Below the pieces are notes generated by a model. That model saw only the letters and a program-made list of their open reading frames with translations, was not told the DNA's origin and did no database searches. From Dehalococcoidia bacterium (GTDB lineage: Bacteria; Chloroflexota; Dehalococcoidia; Lucifugimonadales; CBDBON01), in contig CBDBON010000002.1 in the NCBI GenBank assembly GCA_965208395.1, positions 532,010 through 596,009 on the forward strand: a stretch of 64,000 nt of DNA, given 5' to 3'. Each line of letters begins with the position of its first letter. The stretch's first letter is position 1. Both the position numbers and the translations under genes were made by a program. Positions 56,730 to 64,000 of this stretch are shown piece after piece.

Positions 56730-57862
56730 CTATTCCTCGGTCAGGCCAACGACTTCGCAGTAGTAGGATTCACAGTAGTCCGCCACCTCGAGCAGGGCCT
56801 CGAGAGTGGGGAGATAGACTTCGTGGATCCCTTCGTAGTCCGGCTCTAATGTATCCCCATCCAGCCTGCACGGTGGCTTATCGAACTCCAGTCTTTCCAA
56901 AGACCAGAGATCTCCAAATGCGTTCTTGGACAGCGGCCTTACACCGTATCCACCGACCTCAATCCTCAGCTCGATCAGACGGTGCAGCCCACCTAGAGTG
57001 TCAGGGCTGACCTCGAGGCAGTGATCGTACTGAGAACCGTCGAGACGCATTACCAGCTTCGCAAGGTGTGGAGTCGAGATGAAAAGGTCGTCGGGCATTC
57101 TGACAGCCCTTCGGCGTTCATCATCCGGGTTGGGGGCGATCGTCAGATCGAGGGATCCCACACTCGACGGAAGTCCGAGTAATGCCCCTGGCGGCAGCGA
57201 GGCGTTGGGTTCGAGATCTATCTCGATACGTAGAGACTCTAGAGAGATCAGGTCATGGAACAGGTCAGGAGCGAGAGCCTCGACTGCTGTTCCTGTATCT
57301 CAAGATGCCTTAGATTCACAAGGTCGGCGAAATCAGATCGTTGGATGGGTCGCCCCTCGGTGTTGACCTGTAGTCGTTCGAGCCGAAACAGCTCCCCCAC
57401 ATTGATGGCGGCGCACAGGCCTGGCCCCGGGAACGTGTTCAACAGTGCATTCTGGACCGGTATCGAGCGATAGCAGATGTCCCGCCTGCCACTCGACGAC
57501 GATGGAGATGCGGTCGGGGCAGGTATGGCAGGAGCCGAAACCGGAATCGCCGTCGGCGCGGGCGTGGCAGTAGGGATGGGAGCCGTCGCAGTCGGGGCGA
57601 GCGACGCGGGAGTCGGCGGCACGGAGGTCTGGAGCGAAAGCGAACTAGACTCTAGGACGGCAATCCGCCTCTCCAACTCGGCCACCCGGGCCTGCGCTTC
57701 GGACAACTGAGTCTCATGACTTGCAGATGGTGTCGGCGTCTCTGTATACGGAGTGGCCACCGTATCCTCCATCGAGTCAGGATCGCAGGCGACGATCAGA
57801 GCAACAGCCGACACCGCGACCGAGATGAGGAGGAGTCTGTGGGCAGAAGGCACGGTCACCAT
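56730..57862 (-). pseudogene. LRR-containing lipoprotein with a frameshift near 57295
   Basis: From ATG 57862: signal and lipobox ..AVALIVAC|D, a T/P/A linker, then LRR-like ..FADLVNLRHLEIQ. The sensible continuation (..LFHDLISLESLRIEIDLEPNASLPPGALLGL..GSLDLTI..) is in the frame of ORF 56730..57161. Confidence 0.5.
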
Positions 57863-58009
57863 GTTTCGATGGTAGGGTAACGGCGGTAAGACGCCGTGAA
57901 TTGTCGGCTTCACGCGACCTGTTGTCAATCCGCGATGGGTCGTGCCACGACTTCCCGCAGTGGAGAAAGCCGACAGTCTCGCATTTCTGTGACAAATGGA
58001 ATTGCTCTG

Positions 58010-58268
58010 CGGGCGTTTGGAAAGGGGTGCGTCCCGAACGTGGCGGTCCTTGTCGCCTCTTGTCAGTAGGACGAATAGGGCCTCAACTCTCTGCGCGAGG
58101 TACACCCGGTAGCCGGGTCCGTAGTTCGATGCGAACTTCAGAAACTCTCTCTCCCACCGGCCTCACGTCTCCTGGGTTGCCCAGCGACAGCCGCCTGATG
58201 CGGTTGTCGATTCTCACCCTGGCCTGTCTGTCCCGAAGTCGCCTGAACCAGAGGGCGTAACGGCGCAT
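58010..58268 (-). pseudogene. Addiction-module killer protein (RelE/HigB-like, COG3657-type) remnant with a frameshift
   Basis: ..FRRLRDRQARVRIDNRIRRLSLGNPGDVRPVGERVSEVRIE.. then shifts frame into ..YLAQRVEALFVLLTRGDKD... Together these match the killer-protein pattern. Confidence 0.5.
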
Positions 58269-58536
58269 GAACCCGCGCGGCCTCTGCGAGGGGCGCTTGC
58301 TATGCCGGCGCTCCCAGCGATGCGACCTGCCCCATCGCGTACAGGCCCAGTCGGCGCATCTCGGTCTTTATTCCTGTTAGGATGCGGATGAGGTCAAGCT
58401 ACTAAGAGTCCTACCAGCACCGCCACGACCATGGTGGCGGGGTCGCTGGGGTAGTTGAACGAAATACGACAGAGGACACACCTTTCCTAGCGACCGGACA
58501 GAGGCGCCGGTTCCGTTGGCTTTCGGTGTTTTCCAC

Positions 58537-59565
58537 TCATGAGTCGCAAACTAGGCGTTGATAGTTGGTGGCAAACCCTGTGACATCGAAATCTTCCCAG
58601 GCCGTCGCGGCACCGCCAGACAGTACGCCATCTCCAGTCACAGCGAACTGCATGAGCACACCCTTGCTCTCCGCATCCGCAATGAGGGTTATGATGGGCC
58701 TAACTGCAGCCGCTCCTTCAAACCTGATACTCGAACGATCCCAAGTGGGAACTTTGACGTTGTGAAACACAACGGGATCGTTGTCGCCAACGGTGACGCT
58801 CAAGTTGACGCCATGACGAGGCAATTCCGTTCGGTGGTCGGGGTCGTCTCGTAGAGACAAACTGAACCCAAGGTCATCGTCGAACGGGTCGCAACTGATG
58901 TCAATGTCCCTACCGTTGCCAATCCAGTTGTCGGTAGGCGCCCCCTCGCTGTCCAACGAGATCAACTGGGTATTCCACCGGCTGCTGGTACAGTTTGAGT
59001 ATCCGTCTGGGCATTCCGGCCCGTAGTAAGTCCAATCCCCTGGGTTGGATTGGTTCCCTGGCGCAGGCGTCCACCGCCAGCCCGGAGTAGTCGGTTCTGC
59101 TGTCGAACCAGCATCACCTTTGTCGCCCTTGGGTCCTTGGGGGCCTCGTTCGCCCTGAATACCCTGCTCTCCGCGCTCACCCTGAACGCCCTGCTCTCCA
59201 CGCTCCCCCTGAGACCCGCGCTCACCCTGAACGCCCTGCTCTCCACGCTCCCCCTGAGACCCGCGTTCGCCCTGAATGCCCTGCTCTCCACGCTCCCCCT
59301 GAGACCCGCGTTCGCCCTGAATGCCCTGCTCTCCACGCTCCCCCTGAGACCCGCGTTCGCCCTGAATGCCCTGCTCTCCACGCTCCCCCTGAGACCCGCG
59401 TTCGCCCTGAATGCCCTGCTCTCCACGCTCCCCCTGAGACCCGCGTTCACCCTGGATGCCCTGCTCCCCTGGCGGCCCTGGCGGTCCCTCTATACAGGCC
59501 CCAGCGAAGAGGACCGTTAGAAAAAACAGCGTTGTGACCAGTGCCCCTTTATTCAGTCGTCTCAT
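58537..59565 (-). CDS. Collagen-like triple-helix-repeat lipoprotein with a globular C-terminal domain
   Basis: Lipobox LFAGAC|I, about 43 Gly-X-Y triplets (GPPGPPGEQGIQGERGSQGERGEQ...), then a ~190-aa non-repetitive domain. Confidence 0.8.
   Translation of the reverse strand: MRRLNKGALVTTLFFLTVLFAGACIEGPPGPPGEQGIQGERGSQGERGEQGIQGERGSQGERGEQGIQGERGSQGERGEQGIQGERGSQGERGEQGIQGERGSQGERGEQGVQGERGSQGERGEQGVQGERGEQGIQGERGPQGPKGDKGDAGSTAEPTTPGWRWTPAPGNQSNPGDWTYYGPECPDGYSNCTSSRWNTQLISLDSEGAPTDNWIGNGRDIDISCDPFDDDLGFSLSLRDDPDHRTELPRHGVNLSVTVGDNDPVVFHNVKVPTWDRSSIRFEGAAAVRPIITLIADAESKGVLMQFAVTGDGVLSGGAATAWEDFDVTGFATNYQRLVCDS
59146..59460. repeat. Tandem 45-bp repeat (about 7 copies) encoding GERGSQGERGEQGIQ
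   Basis: The unit CTGAGACCCGCGTTCGCCCTGAATGCCCTGCTCTCCACGCTCCCC is repeated almost perfectly inside the collagen-like gene. Confidence 0.85.
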
Positions 59566-59757
59566 TCCAATCTCCTTTCAAATCGCTCTTGTTCACGTTG
59601 CCATCCAGTGTCCGTGTCTCACAGCCCGTCTGCGAAAGCAAACGGCGGGTCTGTGACTACGGCGCCGACGCCTACAAGTGTCGGCAGCACGTCCAAACAA
59701 TCGCCGTGGTAGATCGTGATCCCGTTGTGGTCGCAGTATGGAGTCACACTTCCCTCT

Positions 59758-60018
59758 TCACGAACCCCCGAAGCAAACGGAACCTTCCAAGTCAGTCTTT
59801 GCGAGCGTCAGAGCGGATATGCCGTCGTTTGCGTCCGCTAGGTCTTGATCGAGTCCGCTGATCGTTTCGTTGGCTGCATCCAACTGAGCTGTGAGTTGCA
59901 CCTTGTCGCCACGCAGTTCGTCGATGTCTGATCTGGCACCGGCTAGGGTAAACGCCAACGCCCCGATTACTGCGATGGCAACGACAGTCACGGATGACCA
60001 AATGGTTCTAGCAAGCAA
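59758..60018 (-). CDS. TM-anchored coiled-coil protein, apparently only the N-terminal part
   Basis: MLARTIWSSVTVVAIAVIGALAFTLAG (TM) then heptad-like DIDELRGDKVQLTAQLDAANETISGL..., ending in an odd tail GSVCFGGS*. Confidence 0.45.
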   Translation of the reverse strand: MLARTIWSSVTVVAIAVIGALAFTLAGARSDIDELRGDKVQLTAQLDAANETISGLDQDLADANDGISALTLAKTDLEGSVCFGGS

Positions 60019-60251
60019 AAAAGCCCCCTCGTGGCTCAGGTTTGCGCAGTGCTATCGACGCTGGCCTGTGTCTCCGTAGAGGCCACTCGGGGGCACGATT
60101 GCGCAATACCCTTCGCCGCCGCCGAGAAACAGCGACGGGAGTTTCGCTCTACGGAGATGTAGACGCCGGTCGATAGCGGCGGAAACGGTACAGGTGCCGC
60201 GGGGCATTTGTCAATCGGCCGGTATGAAATCCCAAAAGCAAACGGAACCAC

Positions 60252-60485
60252 TTGGAAGCAGACCTTGACGAGGCCGGAAGGAACATCGACGAACTGCGAG
60301 ACGACAAGGCCAGCCTTGAGTCCGACCTGACAGCAGACCGTGAGACGACAGCCCAACTCCGACAAGACAAGGCGACCTTAGAGTCCAACCTCGTGGATGC
60401 CAACGGCGAGATCGACACGCTCACATCTGCACTGGCGGCCGCCGACCGGCGACAGGACTCCGCCGAAGAGACATCTCCGTCCTGA
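60252..60485 (+). CDS. Coiled-coil fragment on the opposite strand (likely the displaced C-terminal part of 59758..60018)
   Basis: LEADLDEAGRNIDELRDDKASLESDL... is paralogous in style to the minus-strand gene. It has no TM, no RBS and no ATG (TTG only). Confidence 0.35.
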   Translation: MEADLDEAGRNIDELRDDKASLESDLTADRETTAQLRQDKATLESNLVDANGEIDTLTSALAAADRRQDSAEETSPS

Positions 60486-60965
60486 GAGCGGACAAGACGC
60501 AACCCCAGACCGACCTAGCGGTGGCTGATCGATCTAGGACTCATGCCAGGCACCGACGGACCCAATGACTACGACGACGATTCCCCGAAGCGCGGCAGCG
60601 ACGCGGAGTGGCAGATGCGGCAGGCACAGATAGACCGTGAGCGGTCACAGACCGGCAGATTGCGGCGGGATATTTGACCATAGCACCGTGAATCCAGGCG
60701 AGGGCGTGACTGTGTAACATGACAGTCACGTTCCTCTTCTGGTTCTGCGGCATATGCTGGCTCCTAGCGGGCGTCATGCTGACCGCCATGATGTATCAGA
60801 TGGCGGTCACTCAGACTCCAAGGTTCACTTCCTAACGACCTCCCGTGTCTCGCAGGCAGACCGTCTTTCTCTTGCTGCAACGCCAAGGTGTCGCCGCAGC
60901 ACTTGCTCGGACTGCCGGTTAGATGCAGATGGGATTGAGTGGGTTCCCGGACCGGAGAGGCTCAT

Positions 60966-61295
60966 TTAGGTTCTCCCCCATCGAGACCGCCCTTCGAGTG
61001 CAACGGAGAGTTTCTCTACGAAGCTGTCCACATCCTCTGTGCTGTGGAACAAGCCTTCCAGCCCCTCGGCCGAGTCCCTCTCCTCAGGAGAGCTGCCGCT
61101 CAAGCGCCGCACGTCGCACTCCATTGTGTTGTCCGGTAGCCAGGACTGGAGATCGCCCATTGGCACGCTCATGTGCCGCGCAAACCGGGTAGCATGGGCA
61201 ACAAACTTGGCGCCTCCAGCATTGTCGCCCGTAACCCCTTCTACCAGCATCACCGTCCGCGCTCCGCCATCCTCCAGCTTACGGACGTAGCCCAC
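60966..61295 (-). CDS. Hypothetical protein
   Basis: 109-aa ORF with no recognisable motif. An overlapping plus-strand ORF has similar length. Confidence 0.25.
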   Translation of the reverse strand: MGYVRKLEDGGARTVMLVEGVTGDNAGGAKFVAHATRFARHMSVPMGDLQSWLPDNTMECDVRRLSGSSPEERDSAEGLEGLFHSTEDVDSFVEKLSVALEGRSRWGRT

Positions 61296-61725
61296 GGGCT
61301 CCTAGTACCCCTGTGCGAAGAAGATACCCCGGACGCCGTCCCTTGCCTTCGGGCTGCAGAAGAGAGCGAGCGGGGCCGTTGAATCTGACTTAGTCAGGAG
61401 GCACCGGGAGTCGGGTCAGGTCGAGGATGGATCTCACCACGCGCTTGGTAACGGAACGGAGGGTCGGCCTCTCTGCGTTACCAACAAGCTAACTCGTATT
61501 TGCCTGCACTGTCTCCACTACCTCCCACCGTAGATACGAACCAGCTCGAATTGGTGGGGGTGGGGAAGTCTCAGGTGGAAGCACAGAGCCACAGGTGGAG
61601 GAAGACTGCGACATGACGCAAGGGGACATTAAGTCCCCGATGCGGCCCCCACTTACTAGGCACTCATTTGTCTGTTAATCCCTGTAGGCTCTTCTTGGTA
61701 GACCAAATAGATGAAAGGAGGTCGC

Positions 61726-61941
61726 ATGGACAAGCAACTTGAGGAACGTCGCATCGTTCGCAGGGAAGAGGTCTCCCGGATGACCGGCCTGGCAAGGGCC
61801 ACGATCTACCAGAAGGTGAAGGACCGCAGTTTTCCCCCACCTATCCGCCTGGGCGCTCGCTCCATTGGCTGGCGGCTGTCGGATATAGACAAATGGCTCC
61901 AAGCCCCCGAGAGGCAATGGGATCCATCTGAAGGGAGATAG
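61726..61941 (+). CDS. alpA: AlpA-family HTH regulator/excisionase
   Basis: IVRREEVSRMTGLARATIYQKVKDRSFPPPIRLGARSIGWRLSDIDKWL is the AlpA/prophage CP4-57 regulatory pattern. Confidence 0.75.
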   Translation: MDKQLEERRIVRREEVSRMTGLARATIYQKVKDRSFPPPIRLGARSIGWRLSDIDKWLQAPERQWDPSEGR

Positions 61942-61943
61942 AG

Positions 61944-64000
61944 GTGGACCCCAATCAGCGGTTCAAACGGGACCACCCGTGCCCGGTGTGTGGCGGACAC
62001 GCAGCTCTGCCCCAAGGAGTGGGAAGTCGCTGCTATGGCTTCATCTCAGATGATGAAAGCTATGCCCATTGTACGCGGGAGGAGTTTGCCGGCGGTCTTG
62101 ATCTCAATGGGAACTCCAACACGTACCCCCACTACCTGAAGGGAGACTGTGACTGTAAGAACTGGCACGGCATAGGACCTGCTCGTGACGGGGCCCTTCG
62201 CAGAGGCAGTCGAGATGCTCCAAGCGTGCACTCCTACCGACACTACCAACTGGGACAGCCTGATCATGTTTGGGCCTACCGGCATGCCGATGGGGAGTTG
62301 GCGGGTTACGCGGCGAGATGGGACCGGCCGGACGGTAGCAAGGAGTTCCGCCCCTTGACCCTTCATAGAGGTCGCTGGCGACAGAAGGGCATTCCCGAGC
62401 CTGTACCTCTCTACAATCTGCTGGAACTAGGGAAACGCCCCGATGCTCCGGTCTTGGTAGTGGAAGGCGAGAAGACGAGTAGCGCCGCGAGGGACCTGTT
62501 CCCGGACTACGTCCCCGTCACATCTATAGGCGGGGCGAATGCTCCCCGCAAAAGCGACTGGAAGCCGTTGGAGGGCCGCGACGTGGTTGTCTGGCCCGAC
62601 AACGATTCAGATGGTCATCGATATGCCCAGACGGTTGCGGCACTGGTTCCCAAGTCGGGAACGTCAAGGACCCGTATCGTACAGCTGCCCGAAGGTCTGC
62701 CTTCCAAATGGGACCTGGCAGATCCAGTTCCTGACGGTATTGACGTTGAGAGGCTCGTGGCGGATGCCAAGCCTATTGCTGCCGACGTTGGACAGCCTGA
62801 TAGTGATGGAGAGGGAGACGGCAAGTCAAGAGCCTTGTCAGCCAGGGACCGTCTACTCCATTGGGCCAGCGAGGCAGCAGAGCTGTTCCGCGACGGGGAA
62901 GAGACCTACGCAGATGTCTGGATTGGCAAACATCGAGAGACCCTGCCAGTCCACTCGAAAGGCTTTAGGCGGTGGCTCCGAAGGCTTTACTGGGAGAGAA
63001 TGGGGAGGGGAGCTCCCCAGGAAGCGTTGACTCACACTGAGGAGAATCTGGACGCCCAAGCTGCGCGGGCCGCAAAACGGAAAGTGTGCCAACGCGCCGC
63101 CACTGACGAGGGCAGGCTTTATATCGACCTGTGCAACCGCTCCTGTCAAGTAGTGGAGGTCGACTCCGAGGGCTGGCGAGTCCTGAGCGACGCTCCCACA
63201 GTGCGGTTTCGTCGACCGTGGACTGCTGGATCGCTCCCTGTGCCCGTGCGAGGAGACGCAAGGGAGTGTCTAAACGACCTGCGTCGCTTCCTCAACATAG
63301 ACGAGAATGACTTCGTCCTCTGCGTTGCATGGCTGCTGGCTTCCCTGAGGGATACTGGTCCATACCCGTTGCTGGTCCTCACCGGTGAGCAGGGGAGTGC
63401 GAAGAGCACGGCCGCGAAGATCCTCCGGTCCTTGGTGGATCCGGCCATCCCTCCAACCACGGGAATGCCCAGGAACGAGAGGGACACCGTCATAGCAGCC
63501 CGTAACCGCCACGTTCTTGCCTACGACAATCTGAGTGGCTTGCCCACCTGGCTATCCGACACACTATGCCGTCTCTCCACGGGCGAGGGATACTCAACTC
63601 GGGCTCTCTACACCGACTACGAGGAGGTGGTCATAGAGGCCTCGAGGCCCGTGATTCTCACTGGCATCGAGAATCCATCGGTCCGGGGCGACCTGGCGGA
63701 CCGGTCACTCATTATCAAGCTGTCTCCCATATCGGATGCGGACCGATGCACCGAGTTCGAGCTCATGGCAGCGTTCGAAAAGAAGCGTCCCCGCATCTTT
63801 GGCGCCCTCCTCGACGGCCTATCAGAGGGACTCCGTAGTCAAGACAGCGTCCAACTCGAGCGGTTGCCCCGCATGGCCGACTTCTGCAAGTGGGTCGTTG
63901 CCTGCGAGGGTGCTTACTGGTCTCCGGGCACCTTCATGGCTGCCTACGAAGATGCCCAGGCCTCTGCTACAGAGGATGTGATCGAGGACACCGCCATCGG
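61944..64000 (+). CDS. Zn-finger / TOPRIM primase / P-loop helicase-like replication protein of a mobile element (3' end outside the window)
   Basis: I translated frame 0 from GTG 61944 to nt 64000 and found no stop; it is absent from the ORF track because it has no stop. Motifs: CPVCGGH..C..HC, TOPRIM VLVVEGEKT and WPDNDSDGHRYA, P-loop LTGEQGSAKST. Confidence 0.75.
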   Translation, partial: MDPNQRFKRDHPCPVCGGHAALPQGVGSRCYGFISDDESYAHCTREEFAGGLDLNGNSNTYPHYLKGDCDCKNWHGIGPARDGALRRGSRDAPSVHSYRHYQLGQPDHVWAYRHADGELAGYAARWDRPDGSKEFRPLTLHRGRWRQKGIPEPVPLYNLLELGKRPDAPVLVVEGEKTSSAARDLFPDYVPVTSIGGANAPRKSDWKPLEGRDVVVWPDNDSDGHRYAQTVAALVPKSGTSRTRIVQLPEGLPSKWDLADPVPDGIDVERLVADAKPIAADVGQPDSDGEGDGKSRALSARDRLLHWASEAAELFRDGEETYADVWIGKHRETLPVHSKGFRRWLRRLYWERMGRGAPQEALTHTEENLDAQAARAAKRKVCQRAATDEGRLYIDLCNRSCQVVEVDSEGWRVLSDAPTVRFRRPWTAGSLPVPVRGDARECLNDLRRFLNIDENDFVLCVAWLLASLRDTGPYPLLVLTGEQGSAKSTAAKILRSLVDPAIPPTTGMPRNERDTVIAARNRHVLAYDNLSGLPTWLSDTLCRLSTGEGYSTRALYTDYEEVVIEASRPVILTGIENPSVRGDLADRSLIIKLSPISDADRCTEFELMAAFEKKRPRIFGALLDGLSEGLRSQDSVQLERLPRMADFCKWVVACEGAYWSPGTFMAAYEDAQASATEDVIEDTAI

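Noticed and set aside
57863-58105. N-terminal 81 codons of listed ORF 57248..58105
   Set aside because: The ORF is chimeric. This part is the out-of-frame tail of the killer-toxin remnant plus spacer. The lipoprotein starts at ATG 57862.
59146-59460. Regular 45-bp repeats considered as a CRISPR array
   Set aside because: The copies are contiguous with no spacers, sit inside an ORF and encode Gly-X-Y collagen triplets.
61540-61600. tRNA-like strings (TCGAAT, GGTGGGGGTGGGG) near the AlpA module, considered as an integration-target tRNA
   Set aside because: I could not fold a cloverleaf. The putative T-arm stems mispair, and there is no acceptor or anticodon arm.

Overview
High-GC bacterial contig, probably environmental or metagenomic; GTG and TTG starts are common. 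Nt 1-6.4 kb look like ordinary chromosome: an SDR-like gene, an enolase-superfamily enzyme, ggt, a frameshifted alpha/beta hydrolase and a thioredoxin-TPR protein. The rest is a mosaic of mobile and defence DNA.

(1) A large serine recombinase (LSR) gene is split into a C-terminal part (6514-7794, minus strand) and an N-terminal catalytic part (32459-32899, minus strand). The split is caused by a 24.7-kb island (7795-32458) that ends in its own intact LSR. The island carries a multihaem cytochrome module, a repeat lipoprotein, Pnkp-Hen1 RNA repair, a Type I R-M (hsdR, a toxin-antitoxin (TA) pair, hsdS, hsdM), a binding-protein lipoprotein, a four-HTH protein, two diverged copies of a regulator/leader module, and hicAB.

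(2) To the right lies a more AT-rich defence island. It contains a LexA-type repressor fused to a type III CBASS operon (CD-NTase, HORMA, TRIP13, nuclease-SAVED). It also contains an orphan 278-aa gene, AbiEi/AbiEii plus a coupled DUF2971 gene, and a 546-aa protein with an RNxxxH HEPN-like motif.

(3) My top candidate for an undescribed system is an HTH + SMC/ABC-like ATPase + soluble histidine kinase + REC-protein-kinase-like operon (45.4-49.9 kb). Its effector is truncated by an intact IS21 element (49844-52421).

(4) The right end holds gene remnants (hsdS, a killer toxin, a frameshifted LRR lipoprotein), a Zn-ribbon/CAP secreted protein coupled to a UDG-like gene, and a collagen-repeat lipoprotein. 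It also holds a coiled-coil gene apparently split by an inversion, and an AlpA + primase/helicase module that runs off the window.

No rRNA, tRNA or CRISPR array was found. All family calls come from motif reading by eye, not from database searches.
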